Assembly: GCA_963757775.1 (NCBI GenBank)
Contig: CAVWSH010000001.1
Span: 494,803-558,802, forward strand
Origin: Paraconexibacteraceae bacterium
Lineage (GTDB): Bacteria; Actinomycetota; Thermoleophilia; Solirubrobacterales; Solirubrobacteraceae
Length of the DNA stretch: 64,000 nt
Direction: 5' to 3'
The translations under genes were made by a program, and so were the position numbers. The notes below the pieces were generated by a model, which worked only from the letters and a program-made list of their open reading frames with translations, made no database searches and was not told the origin of the DNA. Shown here piece by piece: positions 8,900-18,252 of this stretch. How positions within the stretch are numbered: the first letter of the stretch is position 1; each line of letters begins with the position of its first letter.

Positions 8900-10087
8900 C
8901 TATGGCGCTGCGCCCGCGCGCTCGACGGCGGCGTCGAGGGCCGTGCGGGCCTCGTCGCCGGTCATCCCCGAGCCGCGCAGGAGATCAATCGCGGTCGAGC
9001 GCACCTGGCCGATGATGACGCTGATCGACAGGCCCGGCTCGTCCTGCAGCAGCCGCGTGGCCTTCACCGCGGCCTCGAGCGCGAGGCGGCGCGTCGCCGT
9101 GTCCTGCTCGGGATGCTCGAGCTGGTTGCCGAGCTCGAGGACGGCATCGCCCAGCAGCGCCACCGCGTCGGCCAGGTCGTCGGGCGCCGGCCCGTAGCGG
9201 CGGACGGCGCTGAGAGCGCGCCGGGCCAGCACGCGCGTGTTGCGCACGGCGTAGTCCATCTGCTGGGCAGCCTCGGCGTAGAGCGGGACGCGCTCGCGCG
9301 TGCGCGCGCGCGGGCGGCGCAGGGTGAAGGTCTCCCGCGCCAGGGCGACGGCGTCGAAGAAGGCGGCGAGGTCGTCGTCGGTGTCGCGGGCCACCTCCAG
9401 CGCCCGCCGGGCCCGCTGCTCGTCGCCGTCGCGCAGCGCCTCGGCCAGCGCCTTGAGGGCGACCGACAGGTCGCTGACCACGGGCCGCGCGGCCTTCGCC
9501 ATCGCGCGCACCGGATCGCGCGGGAAGAGGACCTGCCCCACGAACAGGGCGATGGCCCCGCCGATGAGGGCGTCGAGGAACCGCGACGGCGACGGGCTGG
9601 CGCCCGGCCGCAGCGTGGCCACGATGAGGATGCCCGAGATGGCGGCCTGGTTGACGAGGATCGCGCCCGCGCCGAGGAGCAGGGCGGCCGCCATCGAGAG
9701 CCCGACGACGAGCATGAGCACGAGGGTGTTCGCACCCAGGGCGCGCACGATGACATCGGCGACGAGGATGCCCACCGCGACGCCCGCGGTGAGCTCGACG
9801 GCCCGGATCGTGCGCCCGCCGCGCGAGACCCCGAGCGCGATGACCGCCGCCGCGGGCGCGAAATACGGATGCGGGTGAAGCAGCGAGGCCAGCGCCCAGG
9901 CCGAGCCGGCCGCCACCGTCGTCTGCAGGATCCCCCACAGCTCGGCGCGGACGCGGCGCACGCGGCGACGGATCGCGCCGCGGACCTTGGGAATGGTCGG
10001 CGTGGAGGGGCGGGCGGGCACTGGGTGGATTGTGCCCGCCCGCCTACCGGTAAGACGCTCTATGCCACCACGGTGATGCGGTCGCAC
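8900..10087 (-). CDS. FUSC/aromatic-acid-exporter family membrane protein
   Basis: N-terminal TM bundle (AAGSAWALASLLHPHPYFAPAAAVIALGVS...) plus a C-terminal cytoplasmic helical domain. The start is uncertain (alternative GTG at 10021). Confidence 0.6.
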   Translation of the reverse strand: MRPHHRGGIERLTGRRAGTIHPVPARPSTPTIPKVRGAIRRRVRRVRAELWGILQTTVAAGSAWALASLLHPHPYFAPAAAVIALGVSRGGRTIRAVELTAGVAVGILVADVIVRALGANTLVLMLVVGLSMAAALLLGAGAILVNQAAISGILIVATLRPGASPSPSRFLDALIGGAIALFVGQVLFPRDPVRAMAKAARPVVSDLSVALKALAEALRDGDEQRARRALEVARDTDDDLAAFFDAVALARETFTLRRPRARTRERVPLYAEAAQQMDYAVRNTRVLARRALSAVRRYGPAPDDLADAVALLGDAVLELGNQLEHPEQDTATRRLALEAAVKATRLLQDEPGLSISVIIGQVRSTAIDLLRGSGMTGDEARTALDAAVERAGAAP

Positions 10088-10174
10088 GGCGTGGGCGCGA
10101 TCGGATCGTTGCCGGCAGGCTCAGATACGCCGCCAGCGCACCGCGCCGCCGAGGCGCTCCACGTGTACGTGAAG

Positions 10175-11191
<1,017 letters not shown>

Positions 11192-11321
11192 GGCGCTGCT
11201 CCTTACCCGGTCGTTTGCGTCGCGACGCTAGCACCAGGGCGCCGGCCGCAGGAGTCCATCCTGTCGCCTGCGGCCGGCGCGGCGGCGCCGGGTCGGCGGG
11301 CGCCGTCCTAGCATTCGGCCG

Positions 11322-11777
11322 GTGAGCCACCCAGACCGAGACGTCCGCGCCTCAGATGCCGAGCGCGAGGACGTCTCGCGCCAGCTCGGCGCGCATGCGG
11401 CAGCCGGGCGGCTCACCCCCGAGGAGCTCGGCGAGCGCCTCGACGCCGCCTACGCCGCGCGCACCCACGGGGAGCTCATGCGCCTGCTCGCCGACCTGCC
11501 CGCGGCCCCTGCGCCGCGACGCGAGGATCCCGCCCGCGCCGTCGCGCGCAGGAGGCTGGCGCACCGCGCCGGAGCGGCCGCCATCGCGTCGCTGCTGTGC
11601 GTCGCCGTCTGGGCCGCCACGGGCGCCCATGGCTCGTTCTGGCCGATCTGGGTCATGCTCGTCGCGGCCGTCGGCCTCGCGCGCGAGGGCTGGCGCACGC
11701 TCGGGCCGGGCGCGGAGCTGACCGACGAGGAGCTGGGGGAGCGCCGGCGGCAGGGGCGGCGCCGGACGCGCCTCTAG
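11322..11777 (+). CDS. DUF1707 domain-containing membrane protein
   Basis: RASDAEREDVSRQLGAHAAAGRLTPEELGERLDAAYAARTHGELMRLLADLP is the typical DUF1707 N-terminus. TM segments at the C-terminus. Confidence 0.7.
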   Translation: MSHPDRDVRASDAEREDVSRQLGAHAAAGRLTPEELGERLDAAYAARTHGELMRLLADLPAAPAPRREDPARAVARRRLAHRAGAAAIASLLCVAVWAATGAHGSFWPIWVMLVAAVGLAREGWRTLGPGAELTDEELGERRRQGRRRTRL

Positions 11778-11801
11778 GTGCGCGGTGTGGAGGCCGCGGA
11801 C

Positions 11802-11851
11802 GTCGAACGTCGGTCCTCCCCCCTCCTGACGTGGGAAGACCGACGTTCGAC
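11802..11851. repeat. 50-bp palindromic intergenic element, copy 2
   Basis: GTCGAACGTCGGTC-CTCCCCCCTCCTGACGTGGGAA-GACCGACGTTCGAC, starting 24 nt after the stop at 11777. Confidence 0.9.
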
Positions 11852-11898
11852 CGTGCGGGCGACGCCCACAGCGCACGCGCACTAGCCTCCCCTCGCCC

Positions 11899-12699
11899 GT
11901 GGCCATCACCACCGCCGTCGTGCCGGTCGCCGGGCTGGCGACCCGACTGCGCCCGCTCTCGCGCGGCGTGCCGAAGGGGCTGCTGCCGGTCGCCGGGCGC
12001 CCCGTGGTGCAGCACATCGTCGACGAGCTCGCAGCGTGCGGGATCGAGCGCGTGGTGCTCGTGACCGGGCGCGGACGCGGCGCCTTCGCGGCGCACTTCG
12101 CCGAGGCCCACGGGCCCGAGATGGTGTGCCTCGACCAGCCGCGGCCGCTGGGCCTCGGCGACGCGATCCTGCGCGCCGCCCCCGCCCTCGACGGTCCCTT
12201 CGTCATCGCGCTCGGCGATGCGCTGCTCGGCCGCGGCGCCCCGGTGCGCGTCGTCGAGCGACTCGCCGCCGCCGTCCAGGCGGGCGCCGGCGCCGCGGTG
12301 GCCGTCGAGGAGGTCGCCGCGCAGGACACGGGCCGCTACGGGATCGTCGCGCCGGCCGGCGACGGCGATCCCTTCGCCATCGCCGGCGTCGTCGAGAAGC
12401 CGGCGCCCGAGGCGGCCCCGAGCCGGCTGGCCGTCGCCGGGCGCTACGCGGCGACGCCCGCGCTGCTCGACGCCCTGCGGATCGTCGCGCCCGACGCGAG
12501 CGGCGAGGTGCAGCTGGCCGACGCGCTCAACGCGCTGGACGGCGTCGTCGCCACGCGCCTGGCCCCCGGCGAGGAGCGCCTCGACGTCGGCACCGTGCCC
12601 GGCTACTGCGCGGCCTTCGTCGAGTTCGCGCTGAGCGACGCGGAGCTCGGCCCGCCCCTGCGCGCCCGGGCCGCGACGCTGCTCGATGGCCTCGAGTAG
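11899..12699 (+). CDS. Sugar-1-phosphate nucleotidyltransferase (GalU/UDP-sugar pyrophosphorylase-like)
   Basis: VVPVAGLATRLRPLSRGVPKGLLPVAGRPVVQHIVDEL is the G-x-G-T-R-x...K signature. GTG start. Confidence 0.75.
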   Translation: MAITTAVVPVAGLATRLRPLSRGVPKGLLPVAGRPVVQHIVDELAACGIERVVLVTGRGRGAFAAHFAEAHGPEMVCLDQPRPLGLGDAILRAAPALDGPFVIALGDALLGRGAPVRVVERLAAAVQAGAGAAVAVEEVAAQDTGRYGIVAPAGDGDPFAIAGVVEKPAPEAAPSRLAVAGRYAATPALLDALRIVAPDASGEVQLADALNALDGVVATRLAPGEERLDVGTVPGYCAAFVEFALSDAELGPPLRARAATLLDGLE

Positions 12700-13552
12700 G
12701 GCGTTCGCCCGCGCCGCGCTGGCGGGCAACCCGTCCGACGGCTACGGCGGCGCCGTGCTGGCGCTGTGCGTGCCCGAGCTCGCGGCGCGCGCCACCGCGA
12801 CCCTCGCGCCCGATCCGCTCAGCGAACCGCCGAGCGCCCTCGTCGACGCCACCATCGCGCGCTTCGGGCGCGGACCGTGCGCGGTGCGCTGGTCGACCAC
12901 GGTCCCGCGCGAGGTCGGCCTCGGCGGGTCGAGCGCGATCGTCACCGCGACGGTCCGGGCCCTGTGCGCGCTGCACGGCCAGGCGCTGGCGCCTCACGAG
13001 CTGGCCGAGATGGTGCTCGCCGTCGAGGCCGAGGACCTCGGCATCGCCGCCGGCCCGCAGGACCGCTACGCCCAGGCCCACGAGGGCCTCGTCCTCATGG
13101 ACTTCGCGTCCGCGCGCCCGCGCGTGGAGCGTATGGCCCCCGAGCTGCTGCCCGCGCTGTACCTCGCGTGGCGCTCGGACGCGGCCGAGGCGTCGCACGC
13201 CGTCCACGGCGGCCTGCGCGAGCGCGCCGGCGAGCCGCGCGTGCGCGCCGCGATGCAGCGGCTCGCCGGCCACGCGCACGCCGCCGCCCGGGCCCTGAAC
13301 GGCGGCGACCACGGCGCCTTCGCGCAGGCGCTCGACGCCTCGTTCGACGAGCGCGCAGCCCTCCTCGACCTCGATCCGCGCCACGCGGCGATGGTCCGCG
13401 CCGCCCGCGCAGCGGGTGCGAGCGCGAACTACGCGGGCTCCGGGGGAGCGATCGTGGGTACCCTGCCGCGTGACGGCCTCGAGCCCGTGGCGCGCGCGTT
13501 GCGCGCCCTGGAATGCGAGGTCATGACGCCGAGGCTCCGAATCGACGACTAG
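12686..13552 (+). CDS. GHMP-family sugar kinase (glucuronokinase-like)
   Basis: N-terminal ARAALAGNPSDGYGGAVLAL and GHMP motif II VGLGGSSAIVTATVRAL. Overlaps the preceding gene by 14 nt. Confidence 0.7.
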   Translation: MASSRAFARAALAGNPSDGYGGAVLALCVPELAARATATLAPDPLSEPPSALVDATIARFGRGPCAVRWSTTVPREVGLGGSSAIVTATVRALCALHGQALAPHELAEMVLAVEAEDLGIAAGPQDRYAQAHEGLVLMDFASARPRVERMAPELLPALYLAWRSDAAEASHAVHGGLRERAGEPRVRAAMQRLAGHAHAAARALNGGDHGAFAQALDASFDERAALLDLDPRHAAMVRAARAAGASANYAGSGGAIVGTLPRDGLEPVARALRALECEVMTPRLRIDD

Positions 13553-13595
13553 ACTCGGCGACGTCGGACACGATCGACCGAAAGGCAGTCCACCC

Positions 13596-14528
13596 ATGTC
13601 AGAGCCAAGCCCTGACGACATCCAGCCGACCGAGCACGAGACGCTCGACCGCATCGCGACGGGGACGGTCAGCATCGTGCCCTTCCTCGCGCTCGGCATC
13701 GTCTGCTGGCAGGTGTGGAACTCGCTCCTGCACTGGAGCGACATCGCCGTCTTCGGGATCCTCTACGTCCTCACCGGCTTCGGCGTGACCGTCGGCTTCC
13801 ACCGGCTCTTCACCCACCGCGCGTTCGCCACCACGCGCTGGCTGCGCGGGGTCCTGGCCGTGTGCGGCTCCGCCGCCATCGAGGGGCCGGTCATCTCCTG
13901 GGTGGCCGACCATCGCAAGCACCACGCGTTCGCCGATCAGCCCGGCGACCCGCACAGCCCCCACGTCGATCACGGCGTCGGCTGGCGCGGCGCCCTGCGC
14001 GGCCTCGGCCACGCGCACATGGGCTGGCTCTTCCTGCACACCCAGCGCGGGTCGCGCAAGCGGTATGCGCCCGACCTGCTCGCCGACCCGGTCGTGCGCT
14101 TCGTCGATCGCACCTTCCTCTACTGGGCCATCGGCGGCCTCGGCACGGCGTTCGGGCTGGGCTGGCTCATAGGCGGCACCTTCACCGCCGCGCTCACCGG
14201 CCTGCTGTGGGGCGGCGCCGTGCGGCTGCTCGTCCTGCACCACGTGACCTTCTCGATCAACTCGCTGTGCCATTTCTTCGGACGCCGGCGCTTCGAGACC
14301 GGCGACGAGTCGCGCAACCTCGCATGGCTCTCGCTGCTGTCCTTCGGCGAGGCATGGCACAACAACCACCACGCCTTCCCGACCTCCGCGGCCCACGGGA
14401 TGCGCTGGTACGAGCTCGACACCTCCAGCCTGCTCATTCGCGGCCTCGAGCGCGTCGGGCTCGCGTGGGACGTCGTACGCATCGATCCGGCACGCCAGCA
14501 GAAGAAGCTGCTGGCCGACACCGCGTAG
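13596..14528 (+). CDS. Acyl-CoA (delta-9 type) fatty-acid desaturase
   Basis: Three His boxes (HRLFTHRAF, HRKHHAFAD, HNNHHAFP) and 4 TM segments. Confidence 0.9.
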   Translation: MSEPSPDDIQPTEHETLDRIATGTVSIVPFLALGIVCWQVWNSLLHWSDIAVFGILYVLTGFGVTVGFHRLFTHRAFATTRWLRGVLAVCGSAAIEGPVISWVADHRKHHAFADQPGDPHSPHVDHGVGWRGALRGLGHAHMGWLFLHTQRGSRKRYAPDLLADPVVRFVDRTFLYWAIGGLGTAFGLGWLIGGTFTAALTGLLWGGAVRLLVLHHVTFSINSLCHFFGRRRFETGDESRNLAWLSLLSFGEAWHNNHHAFPTSAAHGMRWYELDTSSLLIRGLERVGLAWDVVRIDPARQQKKLLADTA

Positions 14529-14531
14529 ACG

Positions 14532-15782
14532 TTGGCCCTCGCGAAGACCGCTCCCCTGCGCGCCGCGCTGGCGCAGGCGCTCCCCGAGCGCCCGTTCAGC
14601 GTCGGCTTCTGGGACGGCACCGAGGTGCCGGCGACGGCCCCCGGGCCGCGCTTCACGGTGCGCTCGCCGCGCGCCGTCGCCCACGCGCTCTACGCCCCCG
14701 GCCAGCTCGGCCTCGGCCGGGCCTACGTGTCCGGCGAGCTCGACGTCGACGACATGGACGCGACGATCGCCCTGCTGCAGACCTGGACGCCGCCCACCCT
14801 CGACCGGGCGGCCAAGGCCCGCCTCGCCCTCGCCGCGGCGCGGGCGATGGGCCTCGAGCGCCCGCCGGCGCGGCCCGCATCAGAGCTCGTGCCCGAGGGG
14901 CGCCGGCACTCGATCGCCCGCGATCGCCGCTCGGTGCGCCACCACTACGACCTGCCGGCGGAGTTCTTCGCGCTCTTCCTCGACGAGTCGATGACCTACA
15001 GCTGCGCGGTGTTCTCGCGCGGGGCGACCACGCTCGAGGAGGCCCAGGAGACCAAGCTCGAGCTCGTCTGCACCAAGCTGGGCCTCAAGCCGGGCGAGCG
15101 CCTGCTCGACGTCGGCTGCGGATGGGGCAGCTTCGCCGTGCACGCCGCGGTCAACCACGGCGTCCAGGTCACGGGCATCACGCTGTCAGGCCCCCAGGCC
15201 GAGCGGGCTCGCGCGCGCGCCGAGGAGGCCGGCGTCGCCGACCGCGTCGACATCCGCGTTCAGGACTGGCGCGAGCTGGCCGGGGAGCGCTTCGACGCGA
15301 TCGCCTCGATCGGCATGGTCGAGCACGTCGGCAACGTCCAGATCGACGCCTACGCCCAGCGCCTGCGCGACCTGCTCGAGCCCGAGGGGCGCCTGCTCAA
15401 CCACGGCATCGCCCGCGTGCGCCACGGCGACCCCGAGGCGGGACCGTTCTCGGAGCGCTACGTCTTCCCCGACGCCGCCCCGCTGCACGTCGGGCGCGTG
15501 CTGAGCGCTTTCGAGCGCGCCGGCCTGCCGGCCGACCACATCGAGGGCTTTCAGTCCGACTACGCCGAGACGCTGCGCCACTGGGCGACGCGCCTCGACG
15601 AGAATCTCGACCGGGCGCTCGAGCTGGCCGGGCCCGAGCGCGTGCGGATCTGGCGCCTGTACCTGCGCGCCGCACGAGCGGGCTTCACCACGGGCTTCAC
15701 CTCGATCTACCAGGTCCGCGCGGCGCCGCACGGCGTCGTCCTGCCGCCCGTCGGCGCCGAGAGCGCCGCGGTGAGCGCCTAG
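14532..15782 (+). CDS. cfa: Cyclopropane-fatty-acyl-phospholipid synthase family SAM-dependent methyltransferase
   Basis: HYDLPAEFFALFLDESMTYSCAVF and the SAM motif LLDVGCGWGSFAVHAA. TTG start 3 nt after the desaturase stop. Confidence 0.85.
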   Translation: MALAKTAPLRAALAQALPERPFSVGFWDGTEVPATAPGPRFTVRSPRAVAHALYAPGQLGLGRAYVSGELDVDDMDATIALLQTWTPPTLDRAAKARLALAAARAMGLERPPARPASELVPEGRRHSIARDRRSVRHHYDLPAEFFALFLDESMTYSCAVFSRGATTLEEAQETKLELVCTKLGLKPGERLLDVGCGWGSFAVHAAVNHGVQVTGITLSGPQAERARARAEEAGVADRVDIRVQDWRELAGERFDAIASIGMVEHVGNVQIDAYAQRLRDLLEPEGRLLNHGIARVRHGDPEAGPFSERYVFPDAAPLHVGRVLSAFERAGLPADHIEGFQSDYAETLRHWATRLDENLDRALELAGPERVRIWRLYLRAARAGFTTGFTSIYQVRAAPHGVVLPPVGAESAAVSA

Positions 15783-15909
15783 CCGCCGCAGTCGTCCGCA
15801 GCGCGCTCGGCGCGCCGCGATATGGGGTGCATATGCAAGGGCATTGCAACCCGTGGCCCTGGGTATTGCGCGGTCGACGCACACCCGTGAGGGCACAGGA
15901 GGGAGAGCC

Positions 15910-16704
15910 ATGGCGACGCGCTCGAACCGCGGTTCGCGCTCGAACCGTGCCAACGGACGGGCTTCGTCCGAGGCCAAGCGGTCCGAGAAGGACCTGCCGG
16001 ACTACTCGATGATCGATCCCAAGGAGATCGAACAGGCGATCGACGTCTACGTCGATGCCCCGGTCGTCAACGTCGACGAGATCAACTTCGAGCTCGACGA
16101 CCTGAGGGCGCACCTCGCCGTGCTGGCCGAGGCCGGCCGCTTCGTCGAGCTCAACGTCGGCGCCGGCGTCCGGCTGGGCAAGGTCGAGCTCGAGATCAAG
16201 GGCGTCCAGACCCAGGCGCTGCTCGAGGCGCGCCTGCACAACGTGACCGGCATCCTCGCGCGCGTGCTGACCACGCTGGACCGCAACCCCGAGCTGCTCA
16301 AGAGCGTCGGCGAGGCGCTGGGCGACGTCGGTGGCGGCGCCCACGACCTGCTCACCGACACGGGCGACGTGGTGAAGAGCGCCGGGAAGGGCGCACAGAG
16401 CGCCCTCGGGGACGTCGGCCGCGGCGCCGGGAAGGGCGTGGCCAGCCTGGGCCAGGGCGCAGAGCAGGGCGTCGAGGGCTTGGGACAGGGCGCAGAGCAG
16501 GGCGTCGAGGGCTTGGGACAGGGCGCCCAGCAGGGCGTCGAAGGGCTCGGACAGGGCGCCCAGCAGGGCGTCCAAGGGCTCGGCCAAGGCGCCCAGCAGG
16601 GCGTCCAAGGGCTCGGCCAAGGCGCCCAGCACGGCGTCCAAGGGCTCGGCCAAGGCGCCCAGCACGGCGTCCAGGACCTCGGGCAGGGAGGCGGTGGTCG
16701 CTGA
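15910..16704 (+). CDS. Repeat protein A (264 aa): basic N-terminus, unassigned ~95-aa conserved module, Gly/Gln 11-residue repeats
   Basis: GGAGGGAG SD before the ATG at 15910. Paralogous to the next gene over VDEINFELDDL...TLDRNPELL. Carries 7 x GLGQGAQQGV[EQ]. Confidence 0.7.
   Translation: MATRSNRGSRSNRANGRASSEAKRSEKDLPDYSMIDPKEIEQAIDVYVDAPVVNVDEINFELDDLRAHLAVLAEAGRFVELNVGAGVRLGKVELEIKGVQTQALLEARLHNVTGILARVLTTLDRNPELLKSVGEALGDVGGGAHDLLTDTGDVVKSAGKGAQSALGDVGRGAGKGVASLGQGAEQGVEGLGQGAEQGVEGLGQGAQQGVEGLGQGAQQGVQGLGQGAQQGVQGLGQGAQHGVQGLGQGAQHGVQDLGQGGGGR
16450..16680 (+). repeat. Seven tandem 33-bp coding repeats (GLGQGA[EQ][QH]GV[EQ])
   Basis: Read directly. Adjacent units differ by 0-3 nt in a stepwise gradient. 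Confidence 0.9.
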
Positions 16705-18014
16705 TGGCCTCCAAGCCGACATCGCAGCGCTCGTCCTCGCGTCGCGGCCAGAGCGGCGCCTCCCGCAGCCGCAGGGCCTCGTCCGCCGGGCGCCAGCAGG
16801 CCGGCCGCAACGGAGACGGGCTGCGCCCGGCGCAGCAGGCGCGCCACGAGATCAACGAGTCCGACCGCGAGTACCGCAAGTACGTGCACGAGGACGAGCA
16901 GGACCGGGTCGGGCCGCCCGACGTGCTGCTCGACGTGCCCGAGCTGCGGATCGACACGATCCACTTCGAGCTCGACGACATCGATGCCCACGTGGCCCTC
17001 AAGGCCAGGGTCTTGAACCTGGTCAAGCTCAACGTCGGCATCGACCTTCACCTCAGCCGGGTCAAGCTGGACGTCAAGGGCGTGGAGGCCGAGCTGGTGA
17101 TGAAGGCCCGGCTCGACCACGTCGCCGCGATCGTCGATCGCCTGATGACGAGCCTCGATCGCAACCCCGAGCTGGTCAAGGGACTGAGCCGGGCGGTCTC
17201 GGAGGTGGGCAAGGGCGCGGGCGAGGCCGTCGACAAGACGGGCGACGCCGCGAAGGACATCGGCAAGGGCGCCCAGTCGACGCTGAAGGACGTCGGGAGG
17301 GGCGCCGGCGAGGCGACGGGCGACCTGGGCGAGGGCGCCGGCCATGCCGTGGGTGACATCGGACAGGGGGCCGGGCAGGCCGTCGGCGACGTCGGCCAGG
17401 GCGCCGGGCACGCCGTCGGCGACGTCGGCCAGGGCGCCGGGCAGGCCGTCGGCGACGTCGGCCAGGGCGCCGGGCACGCCGTCGGCGACGTCGGCCAGGG
17501 CGCCGGGCAAGCGGTCGGGGACATCGGCCAGGGCGCCGGGCAGGCGGCGGGCAGCCTCGATCAGCTCGTCGGCGGCGTCGGCCAGACGCTCGGCCAGGCC
17601 GGCCAGGCGGTCGGCGGCGTCACCCAGGGCGCCGGGCAGGCCGGCCAGGCGCTCGGCGGCGCCGGGCAGGGCCTGCTCCCGGGCGGGGACGGCAGCGCGC
17701 AGCAGGCGCAGTCCAACGGCGCGCCCCCGGCCGCGGCCAAGCCGAGCGCGCTGGCCAAGGAGATGGCGAAGGTCGTCGCCCGCGAGATCGGTCACGCGGC
17801 GTCGGAGGAGGCGCGTGATCTCGGGCTCGCCGCCACGCGCAAGGTGCGCGAGCTCGGCGAGCGCCGCGAGCAGCGCCGCGCCGAGAAGTACAAGGCGACC
17901 GAGGCGGCCGTTCGCATCGCCGACGAGCTGGGCGTCGACCTCACCGAACTCCACGGCACCGGCAGCGAAGGCCGCATCACGGTGAGGGACGTGCGCGAGG
18001 CACAGGAGGCGTGA
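16704..18014 (+). CDS. Repeat protein B (436 aa): same conserved module, 11-residue GQGAG[HQ]AVGDV repeats, C-terminal peripheral-subunit-binding (E3-binding)-like domain
   Basis: ATG overlaps the upstream TGA (TGATG). The C-terminus ATEAAVRIADELGVDLTELHGTGSEGRITVRDVREA matches the PSBD signature (..GVDL....GTG..GRIT..DV). Confidence 0.75.
   Translation: MASKPTSQRSSSRRGQSGASRSRRASSAGRQQAGRNGDGLRPAQQARHEINESDREYRKYVHEDEQDRVGPPDVLLDVPELRIDTIHFELDDIDAHVALKARVLNLVKLNVGIDLHLSRVKLDVKGVEAELVMKARLDHVAAIVDRLMTSLDRNPELVKGLSRAVSEVGKGAGEAVDKTGDAAKDIGKGAQSTLKDVGRGAGEATGDLGEGAGHAVGDIGQGAGQAVGDVGQGAGHAVGDVGQGAGQAVGDVGQGAGHAVGDVGQGAGQAVGDIGQGAGQAAGSLDQLVGGVGQTLGQAGQAVGGVTQGAGQAGQALGGAGQGLLPGGDGSAQQAQSNGAPPAAAKPSALAKEMAKVVAREIGHAASEEARDLGLAATRKVRELGERREQRRAEKYKATEAAVRIADELGVDLTELHGTGSEGRITVRDVREAQEA
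17328..17558 (+). repeat. Seven tandem 33-bp coding repeats (GQGAG[HQ]AVGD[VI])
   Basis: Read directly. Units 3 and 5 are identical. Alternating CAC/CAG (His/Gln) units. Confidence 0.9.
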
Positions 18015-18238
18015 TGGATCGCGAGCCGGACGTCGAGATCGCGGCGCTCGCCCGAGCGGACGAGGTGCGCTTCGAAGGCAAGCCGCAGGTCGGCGTGCGC
18101 GCGTACTCCAATGCCCCGGCGAGCGCCGAATCGGTCTCCGAGCGCGAGAACCTGCCCGACGAGATGCAACCCGGAGTCACCTACCGCAACGTCTCGGTGC
18201 GCTGGCGACTGGCCGCGCGCCTGGACGATCCAGAGTGA
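18014..18238 (+). CDS. Small hypothetical protein C (74 aa)
   Basis: ATG at 18014 overlaps the upstream TGA (TGATG); GTG at 18011 is an alternative start. No domain recognised. Confidence 0.5.
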   Translation: MDREPDVEIAALARADEVRFEGKPQVGVRAYSNAPASAESVSERENLPDEMQPGVTYRNVSVRWRLAARLDDPE

Positions 18239-18252
18239 AACAGGAGGAAGCC

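Noticed and set aside
15910-16704. Similarity of the conserved module of repeat proteins A and B to gas-vesicle GvpA/J-type proteins
   Set aside because: Only a vague alternating hydrophobic pattern (V.L.VG..V.L..V.L.I.G) is shared. No other gvp genes are present and the lengths differ. There is not enough to support the call.
16450-17558. Regular 33-bp tandem repeats as a possible CRISPR array
   Set aside because: There are no spacers: the units are contiguous, in frame, and translate to 11-residue protein repeats inside two well-supported ORFs. No cas genes are present.
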